A stretch of 62,840 nt of DNA, counting the filler, from Dirinaria sp. TL-2023a (lineage: Eukaryota): the NCBI GenBank assembly GCA_051941275.1. It is 13 parts of 13 records of this genome, joined end to end, with 100 filler letters (N's around TTAATTAATTAA, not from the genome) between each part and the next. Parts side by side here need not be neighbours in the genome. Positions count along the whole stretch, not along the records: positions 34,017 to 38,748 come from JAVEBF010001782.1; positions 38,849 to 43,576 come from JAVEBF010001783.1; positions 43,677 to 48,402 come from JAVEBF010001784.1; positions 48,503 to 53,227 come from JAVEBF010001785.1; 9 more parts are not named here. The stretch is one strand, 5' to 3'. The notes beneath the pieces are model-generated. The model was not told the DNA's origin. It saw nothing but the letters and a program-made list of their open reading frames with translations, and did no database searches. This document shows positions 38,050 through 51,742 of the stretch, piece by piece (position 1 is the first letter of the stretch; the number at the start of each line of letters is the position of its first letter). Position numbers and translations under genes: made by a program.

Positions 38050-38730
38050 TCACGTCGCTACCGAATTGTCATGGCCTTCACCCTCAAACAGGGTGAGGTA
38101 CTCGTCACCTCTATGCTCGGCATAAGCCTCCCTGTCCAGGCTTTTCCTCGCCACCTCGACATCGAAGAGGATATCCTCGATCAAGCTCTCTTTGCTGACG
38201 TAATCGTATTCGGGCCGTATGAAGCCCAATATCAAGAGATTCATCCGTGCTCCGTAAAAATCCTGATGGAAGGTATGGAGAACGTGCACTTCCTGCCAGT
38301 TCGTATTCAGCCACCGTAAACACCTGACCCGCAAATTCCAGTTACGCCCCCGAAAAAAAAAAGGTGCTCGAGGGTAACTTGTACAGTATAGCTTGGACAG
38401 ATCTAGACATACCACGGACCGCACCTCGTTGTTGTAGAAGGGATTAAACCCTACGCTCATCACCATCGGCCACACCCTGCCGCGATCCCCCGTGCGCTCG
38501 CCACCCTCGTCCACATTGATGCCCGCCCACCCATAGTAGACTCCACTTTCGACCTCGTTATGCCCCCCAACGCTTAGCCCGGCCAACGGTATATTCGCCG
38601 TCGGAACCCCCAACTCCTTACTGCCGCGACCAAACCCTCTGACGACGGGTCCCGAGAGCTTGATTGGGAACGGCTCGGTGGGTCCAGTGACAGGTCCAGC
38701 GATGGGAGAGCGATTGCGGTTGGGGCGCAT
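38050..38730 (-). CDS. FMN1: Riboflavin kinase; 120-nt in-frame intron 38412-38293
   Basis: GPVVRGFGRGSKELGVPTANI, SGVYYGWA, MVMSVGFNPFYNN, RSV/EVHVLH..DFYG and LGFIRPEYDY. Confidence 0.95.
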   Translation of the reverse strand: MRPNRNRSPIAGPVTGPTEPFPIKLSGPVVRGFGRGSKELGVPTANIPLAGLSVGGHNEVESGVYYGWAGINVDEGGERTGDRGRVWPMVMSVGFNPFYNNEVRSVVCLDLSKLYCTSYPRAPFFFRGRNWNLRVRCLRWLNTNWQEVHVLHTFHQDFYGARMNLLILGFIRPEYDYVSKESLIEDILFDVEVARKSLDREAYAEHRGDEYLTLFEGEGHDNSVAT

Positions 38731-39610
38731 GGAGAGATGAGTTGGGGTNNNNNNNNNNNNNNNNNNNNNNNNNNNNNNNNNNNNNNNNNNNNTTAATTAA
38801 TTAANNNNNNNNNNNNNNNNNNNNNNNNNNNNNNNNNNNNNNNNNNNNCGCTCCCACCCTCTCATCCACACCCCGAGCCAAGCTTGGCTTGCTTAGCATT
38901 CTTGGCAGGCATTGATCTCCCAATCTCGCAGCATCAACCTTTCCTCCGGGTCAGGTACACCCTCAACTGCATCAATCGTTCCTGGTCACTGTTATCGATA
39001 AACCCTTCCGAGTATTGGCTTGTTGGAAAAGTCGAACCCATCATTGCCCTGCAACTCGCCAGCTTTCTAGGGAGGTCGTCCTCTGAAGCTGGCCTCGAAA
39101 CGACTGATGATAAGTCAGCTTTGTAGCGAGGCAATAATCCGACCAACTTGCACGCTTTCACGCACTTACAAATATCGCAGTGGGTGGTTCAAAGCCATCA
39201 CTGTTACCTTCATTATTATTAATGATCTTTGCTTCGTTGTTTTCTCCGTGTTTCGACGAGTCTCCGGATGGTATTCTCGAAAGTCCATAACGCTTTGTTG
39301 GGAAAGCATTAGCGCGAATTGCGTGCTTTGGCAGCAGTCTTTGCAATCATAATGCGCTGCAAGTAATATTATTAATGAGTAAGCCTACCAATAATGTTGA
39401 CAAAACTGATGGTGTCACTATCTTTTTTTACTATTCCGACCATTTCGCTGTGGCCTCTCGCATCTTCCTCGTGCTTTACCGCAAAAGCCGTATTGTCTGT
39501 TGTTTTGCATCCTCCCAGACCTTCACCTACTCTTCCTTTGTCAAAAATTGCCTCCCATACAAAGTTCCTCTCCATTGCACAATTGATTAGCTGCTTCAGC
39601 TCTCCAAATA

Positions 39611-40585
39611 ATGTCGCCAAGATCCTCGCCGGTATTTAACGTTCCTGGGCAGGACGTTGATGCTGGCTATGAGTCTGGCTATGCTAGTGGCAGCGGCAGC
39701 GAAGCCAGCATTCCCGAGATCGTCATTACCAACCCCCATCTACGCTTCCTCAATCGTCAATTGCAGAATCTGGAGCCACAAGGTCGGTCTCGCAAAAGCT
39801 CCTCCATCAGCAGGCTCCAGCTAACGTCTCTCATTGCAGACATTTTGCAATGGTGCATTACTACGCTGCCGTCGTTGTACCAGACTACCGCCTTCGGTTT
39901 AACCGGGCTCGTTACTCTCGATATGCTGTCCGAAATGAAAATCCCCCGACCTCAAATGGTGGATCTTATTTTCCTGGACACCCTCCACCACTTTCCCGAA
40001 ACTCTCGCTTTGGTCGACCAAGTCCGCTCCCGTTATCCTCTCGTCAACCTCCACATCTACAAGCCCGAGGGCATCGAAACCGCCGAGCACTTTGCTGAGA
40101 AACACGGCAAGCGGCTATGGGAAACGAACGACGAGCTATATGATTGGGTGGCAAAGGTGGAGCCGGCTCAACGAGCTTATCGAGAACTGCACGTCAACGC
40201 CGTCCTTACTGGTCGGCGACGAAGCCAAGGAGGCAAGCGTGGAGACATCGATGTGATTGAAGTCGACGAAGCCGGTTTGATCAAAATCAACCCGCTTGCC
40301 AATTGGACATTCCAACAGGTTCGGGACTATGTCAAGGCAAACGGCGTGCCCTACAACCAGCTGCTCGACCGGGGCTACAAAAGTATCGGCGATTGGCACT
40401 CGACGCAGCCGATCCAGGAAGGGGAAGACGAGCGGGCCGGTCGGTGGAAGGGCCAAGCCAAAACCGAATGCGGGATCCACAACCCCCGGTCCAAGTTCGC
40501 TCAGTATCTCCGGGAGCAGGAGTTGAAGAAGCAAGACGAAGTGCTGCGGCAGGCGTTGGAATCTCGCATTGAGACGTCTGCATGA
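39611..40585 (+). CDS. MET16: Phosphoadenosine phosphosulfate (PAPS) reductase; 57-nt in-frame intron 39783-39839
   Basis: QTTAFGLTG, FLDTLHHFPET, KVEP, TGRRRSQG, KINPLANW, YNQLLDRGYKSIGDWHST, ERAGRW and KTECGIH. Confidence 0.97.
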   Translation: MSPRSSPVFNVPGQDVDAGYESGYASGSGSEASIPEIVITNPHLRFLNRQLQNLEPQGRSRKSSSISRLQLTSLIADILQWCITTLPSLYQTTAFGLTGLVTLDMLSEMKIPRPQMVDLIFLDTLHHFPETLALVDQVRSRYPLVNLHIYKPEGIETAEHFAEKHGKRLWETNDELYDWVAKVEPAQRAYRELHVNAVLTGRRRSQGGKRGDIDVIEVDEAGLIKINPLANWTFQQVRDYVKANGVPYNQLLDRGYKSIGDWHSTQPIQEGEDERAGRWKGQAKTECGIHNPRSKFAQYLREQELKKQDEVLRQALESRIETSA

Positions 40586-41276
40586 TGAGCATTTCTAACG
40601 AGCATTTTGCATGCATGACAGCGTGGAGTTGGTGGGAACACGAGTATTTGGCCGCATCTTAGCACATATAGGTGCATTATTGAGCATGTGCGCGGATAAA
40701 GTAGAGAAAAGAGATGATGTTACCATAGACCATTTTGGATACCTTGAATGGCCCAAAAGTTGGGGAACAAACGGAAAAAAGAATAGAAAAGAAAAATCAA
40801 AAGCATGGATCTTTCTCCCCGTTCACAGGTTCCAGTGTTTCTGGTTTGCCAAAGTCGAGGGAGTAAATATCTTACAGTACATATGAAGTACCCGATGTAA
40901 TGGGGCCTTGCTCTGGGGGGTGGCTCAGTGTGGGCTCATGGGGAATTGTCGGGCAATTAGGTCCCTTCGGCCAACCAGCCCTAAGGTAGCCTCTAGCCGC
41001 TTATGTAAAAAGAATATTTTTTTTCAATTTGCCTCATTATTGTGAGCACGTCATCCCGTCACCGGAGGAATTCCCGCTAAATCGACAGTCCACACGCAAC
41101 CAAACATGTGAGCCAAAGGTACAACAGGCCAAATGGGCCTCGAACTTTCCTTTCGCGCCTCCGGAAAATGACGTGAGACAGGATTTTTTGTTTTTTTTTC
41201 TTTTGCTCACGAGAGAGATCACTTCTATTGCAAGCCGTATCTTATGCTTGCCCACTGACACTCATTCACACCTTGA

Positions 41277-43284
<2,008 letters not shown>

Positions 43285-43831
43285 AAAAATGGGCATCGCT
43301 TTTTTTTCCATGCGAAAAGGCGTGACAGGGGAAATCAAAAAAATAAACAAAGCATCAGGTCCGATAGATCACTCCGGATGAAGCCATCCCTCCATCAAAA
43401 TCGAAAAGAAGCAAATCAATTTCCTTCCCCTCTCCCTTTTTCTTTCGATGTACGAGTCCCCGAAAATTCCTATCGGTTCAATTATCAGAATGATACTAAG
43501 GTCAAACCAATTTTTTCCTTTGGAAAAAAAAAAAAAAAAAAAAAAAAAAAACCCTAGGCAATCTCAATCCCACTCCNNNNNNNNNNNNNNNNNNNNNNNN
43601 NNNNNNNNNNNNNNNNNNNNTTAATTAATTAANNNNNNNNNNNNNNNNNNNNNNNNNNNNNNNNNNNNNNNNNNNNGAGTATGGCTGCTTGTAGAGAGAG
43701 GGGGGGGGGAAGGTATGCTTTCTTCAGGAAATGTGTTAAGGCCTTGAAGGCTAGCTATTATGAAACCCTTCTTGACCTTCTTACCGACCCACGCCTGTTA
43801 GATTTTAGGGACAAAAAAAAAAAAAGGAGCC

Positions 43832-45359
43832 TCACGTGGCCTCGAAACAAAACCCCAACTCCTCATAAGAATGCACCTCCGCTCGCCGCTCACCGCGGGC
43901 ATTGAATGCCTTTTTCATCTCCGCCGCCATCTCCCGCTCCCACCACTCCTTTGCGTTCCAACGCTTCGGTAACTTCCCCCCCTCCTCTGTCGAGCCGTTC
44001 CTACCGATAGCTCGACGGCACCAGTCGTACATCTCATTCATATAGTGCAGGTCAATCGGGGGAGTCAGGGAGTAAAACGGTCTTCCGGCTCCTCGGTCCT
44101 TGACTACCTGCTTGGCCCAGTCTTGCATTTCTTGCAGAGGCGGCAGGGACAAGCGGCCGGACCAGATGCGCGCGATGATCGCAGCCTGGCACTCCGCGAG
44201 CGGGAAGGGAACGATCTTCTCCGGCATCTCGACGAATGCCAAGGTCGGGTGCGCCATGTGGAAAATGTATTGGTAGAGGGGTTCGTCTTCGATTTTCGGG
44301 GCGATGGAGCCGAGGAAGGGGAATAGGTAGGTGTACCCCGTGCACAGCATTATGGCGTCGATGTCGTGCTCGGTGCTGCCGTCTTCGAATCTCGCGGCGC
44401 GCGAGGTGGCTTCCAAGGAGACAAGGCCGGGGTAGTCGCGCGTGTAAGGCTCGTCCGTGTGGTAGGGTGATTTTTCGCGCTGGGAGACTAGGAGTGGATG
44501 TTTGCATACGCTGCCGATTTGTCGGCTGATGTCTGCGCCGGATGGGCCGCCGCCGACGAGGAGGACACGCTGGATGCATCAGTCAAGTTTCTTGATCAGA
44601 CGGGCTTTTAGGTTGCGGTATCATCTCAAGGGTTGAAAATGATACTTATGGAAATTACTCACCTTGTCCCTGAACGCATCGGCATTTTTATACGTGACAG
44701 AGTGGAATATTGAGTCCGGATGTGCTTCACTCCAATCGTTGAGACCTGCAACGTTGGGCAATAATGGCCAGTCGGTGTGCCCGTTTATAGCGACAATCAC
44801 AGCATCGAACTTTTCCTTTTGAATTGTGCCATCTTTGACCCTTACTGAAACTTCCCATTCTTGGTCACTGGGGGCTACCACTTGCCTAACGTCCAGAACA
44901 TGGTGTTCTAGCTTCAGCATAGGGCCAAGGCCCTCTGAGTAGTCTCTTATATACTCCAAGACAGTTTCTCGCTTGGGAAATAATTGTGAGTTCAAGAACT
45001 GCTTGTCTGAGAATTGCATAACATTGAGTGGCAGATTAGCCTCGAGACCTTCATACATGGGCGTATTAAGCTTCGGAATTTCGCTAGTGATCAGATTCAT
45101 CGCGTCTTTGGTATCTCCATTGAGATACGGCTGGGCTTGGGTGACGAGAGGGTTGTAGTGCCATAGCCCGCCTACAGAGCTCCGCTGCTCGTATATGATG
45201 ATCTCCGAGAACTTTCCCTCGGCATTTAGATACCTGCAAGCGGTCAGCTCTGCGTTAAGGTACAGTTGCTGATGAGATATACTTTGCAGTGGCAAGGCCA
45301 GATGGTCCAGCACCTATGATCGCGATACGTTTGATAGCATCAGCGGAGATTTGTGCCAT
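43832..45359 (-). CDS. Flavin-containing monooxygenase (class B, Fmo1/thiol-specific monooxygenase-like); 2 introns
   Basis: MAQISADAIKRIAIIGAGPSGLATAK (FAD-binding GxGxxG), EQRSSVGGLW, PMYEGLEANLP, IFHSVTYK (FMO motif), VLLVGGGPSGADIS (NADPH-binding) and MLCTGY. Confidence 0.93.
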
Positions 45360-46018
45360 TGTCAGCTTTAGTGAGCACTTGCATACAACTTAATAGTTGC
45401 TTCGGCGGGCTGATGCTGAAAGCCTGGTGAGGCTCACGGTTAACCTCCTTCTCTCAGAGTTACTTATAAGACCGAGCTGAACTTTGATATGTCTCTCAAA
45501 CAGGTCTATAATTGAATGAGGTAAAAAAATTTTACTTTTACAGTGTGTTGACACAAGAGAACCACGACATCATCTTCGACTCAGCCTCGTTGTTTCGAAG
45601 TCTTCAAGATAGGCTGACTATATTTTGTTACGAGTTTTCAACCATACAAACCCAGTGATCTCGCCATCAACCGGAAAAAAAAAACTTATGGAGCATACGG
45701 TAGCCAGTACCACTGGCGTGAGCTCATCTGTTAAAGTGCGTAAATAACACACAGTCATTTTCTAAGTTGTCCAAAAGCCATAAGGGGCCTAGGTATACTT
45801 ATGTACAGGTTACGCCGCTGTGCATAATTTTATGCAAGCCGAGCATTCACGCCTTAACGCGCGGACGTCATCATCCTGCATCATCAACAAGCGCCGACTA
45901 TCAAATCAACACGAAGGACCATCAAAGCTCCAAACATACGCTACATCCTATCTCTTGTCCTTCCGGCACCTCATTTGTATTCAATTTTCTGGAGGCATGT
46001 AGGTGATCTTTCAACACG

Positions 46019-48402
46019 ATGTCCGACAACGATAGGACACCACTGTTAGCCGAAGAAGGCGCAGGATCAAGCTCAGAAAGACCTCCATCCCAGAAATCCA
46101 AACTATCAAATCATTCGAAGCGATCGAACCGCGCGGACAACTCCGCTGAGTCAACGCCTCTCCTTTTGCGGGACAATGATCACCGGGATTATGGCGACGC
46201 TCCTCGAAGCACGGGGCCTCCCTCGAGTGCTTCTTCATTAAGGTCATTGCATGATGGAATCATTGGGGGAAAAGGAAAGAGGTTGACCAGGTGGACGACT
46301 GTCCTCGCTGTCACGATATTATGCCTCATTGTCATTGCTATACTAGGCTTGGGTTTCGCGGCACCGGCTGTCGTGGAGCAGTATGCCAAACAGGCTGCAG
46401 TTTTTGAGCCAACAAATCTTTCTATTGATTCATTCACTTCTTCAGGAGTTAGGGCAAGGGTACAAGGGAATTTCATGATGAATGCATCCAAGGTTCGGAC
46501 AAAATCGGTCAGAGATCTGGGGCGAGCGGGAACACGGCTTGCGAGAGCTGCGGAAACCAAGCGCTCGAAGGTCAATGTCATTCTTCCAGAGTATGGCAAT
46601 GTGCTGCTTGGAATGGCGGATGTACCTCCCATTGTGGTCGATATTCGAAATGGTCATGTTACGCACCTGGACTTCATTACCGAATTAACAGCTGGGGATG
46701 TGGACGGTATAAGGCGGATAGCGAAAGATTGGCTTGATGGCAGGCTCAGCCAGCTGAGGGTTGAAGGCACGGCAGATGTTGGTGTGAAGTCGGGCATTTT
46801 TGGGTTTGGCACTCAGACAATATCCAAAGAAATGGTTTTCAGCGGTCAGTCCAAACCCTAGTAAGGACCAGGTATAGATCTAATGTTTACAGCAGGTCAA
46901 GAGCTCCCAGTCTTTCCGAAGTACGATATCACCAGAATGAACTTTCACGAGATAGACATACCTACAGTTGGAAAAGCGATGGCGGCTGATGTATCGTTGG
47001 CCTTGGTCAACGATTACTTACCGGTGACGTTTGATGTTCCTCCTCTAGCGTTCGACGTCCTAGTCCAAGGTTGCTCTCCGGAGGAGCCCTACATCTTTTT
47101 AGCGGATGCCACAACCGGTGATATCGAGGTACGGCCAAAGAAAGATCTGATCGTCGATGTTGGTGGGATCGTTCGCCAACTACCTGACACCCTTATCCAA
47201 ACATGTCCTCAGTCCATGAAGTCACCAATGGACGTGCTCCTGGGTAACTACATGAACGGCAAAGAAGCGACTATCTACGTACGTGGCTCGGAAACACCTT
47301 TGCCAAACACTCCGGAATGGATTGCAGAGCTGATGGAGAGCGTTACTGTACCCTTACCGTTCCCCGGTCATACTTTCGACAATCTCATCCGTAATTTCTC
47401 ATTAGCCGATGTTCATTTTGGCCTCCCGTCTCCGTTTGCAGAGCCTGATTCGCCAGAAGCGCAGCCAAGGATATCTGCTGTGGTCAAAGCTTTGGTAGGC
47501 TTGCCAGAGGAGATGAACTTTCCGATTGATGTCTCTCGAGTCCGTGCCGACGCCGATGTCTTTTACAAGAAACAGAAACTTGGAGAGTTGGATCTGAAGA
47601 GATGGCAAACGGCCAACTCGACGCTTGTTGAGGCTCATGACCAGAATCCAAGAGGACTTGCAGTTGAGTCCATCATCAAGGACGCTCCCCTGAAGGTTAC
47701 AGACAACGATGTTTTTGCGGATCTGGTTCAAGCATTGGTCTTTAGTGATAAGACTCTAGTGCTTAGTGTCAAAGCCGCAGTAGATGTCGAGACTGAGACT
47801 GCCCTTGGGAAATTCGTCGTCCGAGAAATTCCGGCGGAGGGCAAGGTCTTTGTAAGGCGTTAGTCTCCTCTTTTTTTCTTCTTAGCATGTACGGTAGCAT
47901 TGCATATAGAATATCACGCTGATAGATCTTGGATCTAGCCCTCTCAGGAGGCAACATGACTTCTTTCTCGCCCGAGGTGGGCTCGCTTCGAATCCTTGAA
48001 ACCACTGCTCGAACCATACTGCTCAAAGCAAAAGTCAACATCACCAACCCAACAGACTACTCTGCGACCGTGCCCTACGTTGACATCCTAATGCTGAACA
48101 ATGGCTCTGTCCTGGGCCATGCTACAGCCAAAGGCGTCACCGTGAGACCTGGGCCAAACCGCGATATCAAAGTCAAAGCGCTGTGGGAGCCGGCTGACTT
48201 CAAAGCAGAGGCAGTAGGCCGAGAGCTCCTGTCTCAATACGTATCAGGTAGTCATTCCCTCCACTCCAAAAAACAAAAAAAAAGGCACCATTCACTAACC
48301 ACATACCCCCCCAAAAACAGGCTACAACACCACCCTCACCTTCCGCACTCACTCCGGCACCCTCCCCTCCCAACCGATCCTGGGCAGCGCCCTCTCCAAC
48401 CC
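46019..48402 (+). CDS. Type II membrane protein with repeated beta-sandwich (LEA-2/DUF3712-like) lumenal domains, Tag1-like; 3'-truncated by the gap
   Basis: Cytosolic N-terminus with DRTPLL/ESTPLL dileucine-type motifs and one TM helix (VLAVTILCLIVIAILGLGFAAP). Three long exons follow, joined by GT-AG introns, with NITNPTDYSATVP and LLSQYVSG/YNTTLT. Confidence 0.8.
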
Positions 48403-50059
48403 NNNNNNNNNNNNNNNNNNNNNNNNNNNNNNNNNNNNNNNNNNNNTTAATTAATTAANNNNNNNNNNNNNNNNNNNNNNNNNNNNNNNNNNNNNNNNNN
48501 NNACTAAAACCCAGGCATCGGCTCCTGTTATCGTGAGGCGTTCCGCTAGGATCGCAGACACGCATTAAGGCCACGATTAGACCGGAATCATCACTGTAAT
48601 GTTGATGCCGCGTGGTGGGGCGCTATCTCTAAGTTCGATTTTGGCATAATCTTGCCAGCTCATGATCACCCGGACTCGTGTATTCCGAGGCTACACCAGC
48701 TATCCTTCTCCTTATTTGATCTTTCATGTGAGTTGAACCTTATATACTGCTTCCAGGTTATGCCTGCATCATTGTCAGGTACAAACTGATACTGCCAGGA
48801 ATAGGGTTCTGCTGAGACTTAGCCGTTATCTCACGATTTTTTTTTGTGCTCTGCTCTGACACATCCAACAATCAGATATAAATGTCGAAACCGTGGCTTT
48901 AGTCGGCAGTTTTCCCCTCCAATATCAGAGTTTGTAGCTCTCAATCATTTTGTAAAGTCTTCGAAGAAACAGCAGACTATTTTTTCTTAATCGTTCCCGC
49001 AAAACGAGTACAGCTGAAGCCGATACACTCAGATGTACTATGAAAAACTTCCAGCTTCAAAAGTTTTTTTTAAAATCGATCACGAATCCACGACTACCAA
49101 TTGTTGGGAGAGAAATCTTGTGCAAATAGTAGCCTATCAAACGTATTGAAGGAACAACAATCTCAGCTGCAGTGCCAAAGTTCGTCATCAAGAGAGCCTT
49201 CCCGCCGTCGAGGAATAGAGGAAAGGGACAGAAATGTCTTCCAAGTGAGATAAAGAATTGTGCCAAGGACTTAGAGGACCCTTGTCACGTGCACATTGTA
49301 TCCAGACTTGGAGAGAAGAAGGATATTGGGGGTACAGTGAGTATAAGTAAGGAGTCCTTTCCGGTGTTCCGTGCATGGTCGTGCATAGCGGACTTCTGAC
49401 GAATCAGGTTTAAATAAGCAAGGATCAAGCCCTCCTGACTGGAGGCGGCAGCAGAACAGGCATCCCTCGGCTTTGACCCGCGATCAAGCTGCCCTAATGT
49501 AACGCCGATAAAACGGGCGTAAGATACGACTTGGAAAGATTGGAGAAATTCTAGTGGAGATGTACTCTATGCCGAAATGATAACTTATGGGAACGAAAAA
49601 GGGGCAGGAGACTTAAAATACATGAAGTACTTTCCAAAGATTGTTCAAACCTCATTAATCACATCTTCTAAGCTTCTAATTCTTTTTTATATCAAGGAAT
49701 TTCTAACTCCCATCATGGGAGCATGCTTTCAGTCCTGATATAGCCTTTGTGTATAATATCACGGACCTGTGTAAGCTACAAATATTTCTCTATGAGCCGG
49801 TATTTTTCATGGCTCCATAGAAACATGATAAGGATAAGCCACGGCGCTTCGAGAGCCAATCAACTGACGAGCAGCTTACGAATGACACTTTTCGACATCA
49901 CGCTAGTTAAGCGAGGGCGGAGCCTCAGTCAGATGACAATTTGCCACCTCGAAAGGTCATAACAATCACATTTACAAAGAGTCTTGTCTAGAATTGTTCT
50001 TCCTTTTTTTCTCCTCCATATCTCACATCCAAACACTGTCCTCAAACCATACTTCTTTT

Positions 50060-50285
50060 CTTCCCTTTGGGGAAACCTCCTCTTTGGGGAAGCTTCTTTT
50101 CTGGAAGCTCCTCTGGGAGCTCCTCTGGGAGGAAAGCTCCTCTTTGGGGGACCCCCTTCTTTGGGAAACCTCCCCTTTGGGGGATCCGTCCTCTTTGGGG
50201 ATCGTTCCTTTGAGGAGCTCTCCTCTTTGGGGATCTATCTCCTCCAGGGGCATCTCCGCCCTTGGGAACTATCCCTTGTGGGATC
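50060..50285 (+). repeat. Minisatellite, about 15-19 bp unit (consensus CTCCTCTTTGGGGA), roughly a dozen degenerate copies
   Basis: Repeated CCTCTTTGGGG / CCCTTTGGGG / CTCCTCTGGGA units are visible directly. Confidence 0.85.
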
Positions 50286-50830
50286 ATGGGCGGCGCCGCC
50301 ACACATCTGCTTAATCCTCCCCGCTCTGCTCTTTGGGGAGGTAAGGGCGGCGTCGCCCTACTAACTTTAATCCACCCCCCTTTGCTCTGCTCTGGGGGGG
50401 CATGGGCGGCGCCGCCCAATCGAGCGCCGTCCCCATCCCCTCTGCGGGACGAGGGGCGGCACTCTACGCCGCTCAACGCATCCTAAACCTCATCCCCTCT
50501 GCGGGACGAGGGGCGGCGCCGCCCCACACATTTTAATCCCATCCCCTCTAGTCTCCTCTAGGGGGCCGTGGGTGGCGCCGCCCAAGCCGGCAGCGCTCAA
50601 GGCGTTCCGAGCCTCACTCCCTTTGAGGGATGATGAGCGGCGCCGCCCGACACACTCTAACCCCATTCCCTCTGCTCTCCTCTGGGGAGCGATGAACAAC
50701 GCCGTCGATTCTGCGCCGCTCAATGCATCCTAAACCTCATCCGCTCTAGGGAGCCATTGGCGGTTCCACCAATCCTGCGCCGCTCAACGCATCCTAAACC
50801 TCATCCGCTCTGCGGAACCAGCGGCGGCAA
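50286..50830 (+). repeat. Complex GC-rich array: GGGCGGCGCCGCCC palindromes every ~55-65 bp plus three copies of CGCCGCTCAAYGCATCCTAAACCTCATCC
   Basis: The palindrome or a close variant lies near 50288, 50345, 50404, 50453, 50511, 50570 and 50635. The 29-mer lies near 50467, 50714 and 50778. Confidence 0.85.
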
Positions 50831-51464
50831 CGGCATTTCTCTCAAAGAGATCCTCCGGTCTTCCAGCCTTCGACTCCAGCTTCAAGACCGCACAAACACA
50901 GCTCTGAGTTGCTGCCCAAAGTCAAGAGCAACAGCAACGAATTCTTTCTTCAAAGTCCACACTGAGATTAACTCTCCAAGGGGATTCCGAGGTTTGTACG
51001 AAGACGATCGGGGAGAGATGAAGGAAGCCAGCAAATCTAAATACACCTCGTGCCGAAAGTTCAACAGACCACAATCTCGAATCAAAGCCGATCCTCAGAC
51101 CATGGCAAAGGCAAAGAAAGAACATCCACGGAAGAAGCAGAGGAAAACGCTGGGCTCTAAGTGGGAAGATTACAAGACCTTTACCACTGACTATCTCGAA
51201 AGCCGAATGACCATGATGACATTCCAGCCGTGCACTATGACCTTTTTGTCTATTAGTCAAGAGCTTTCGGCCTTTGATTTGACCACCATATTCAATACCC
51301 TTTAGCCAATGTCGCAGCTACATCATGAGTCGAATAAGCTTGAAGACGCTAAAGTTATGGACGTTGCTTTGATATCTACTGGCTATCAGCGTCTCAGCTT
51401 CAACGAGCAGTATGAGGAGCTGCAAAACTTCGAAAGGGTGTGGTATGAGTGGTGAGGCTCGTTC

Positions 51465-51742
51465 CAAGTTGCTTTAAGTCTGCCGAAGCATCGGTCTTGG
51501 TGAGTTGGCTTTCCAAGATATCTGTTTGCCAAATACTGACCACAGCCAGCATATCTGGATGTACTCTATGCTACTGGGTCGCGACTCTTGCCGGAGGAGC
51601 AGTACAAGCAGCCACGATAACACTTCGATAGATTATGAGGCACTGTTCAAGTTGCTCAAGTCTGCCGAAGGATCGGCCGTGGTGAGTTGGCTTTCCAAGA
51701 TTTCTGTTCGCACAATACTGACCAGAGCCACCATATCTGGAC
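51465..51742 (+). repeat. Imperfect direct repeat of about 95 bp (51465-51560 and 51648-51742)
   Basis: CAAGTTGCT..AAGTCTGCCGAAG.ATCGG...TGGTGAGTTGGCTTTCCAAGAT.TCTGTT...AATACTGACCA.AGCCA.CATATCTGGA occurs twice, about 183 bp apart. Confidence 0.85.

Noticed and set aside
38293..38412. Apparent 40-aa insertion in riboflavin kinase (and 19-aa insertion in MET16 at 39783-39839)
   Set aside because: Both are stop-free in-frame introns with canonical GT, branch site and AG. Removing them restores the family motifs.
49984..50723. Short repetitive ORFs across the minisatellite
   Set aside because: They are open in several frames on both strands only because the repeat lacks stop codons. There is no coding evidence.
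50286..50830. CRISPR-like appearance of spaced palindromes
   Set aside because: The context is eukaryotic, the repeats are only 14 bp, the spacers are related to each other, and there are no cas genes.
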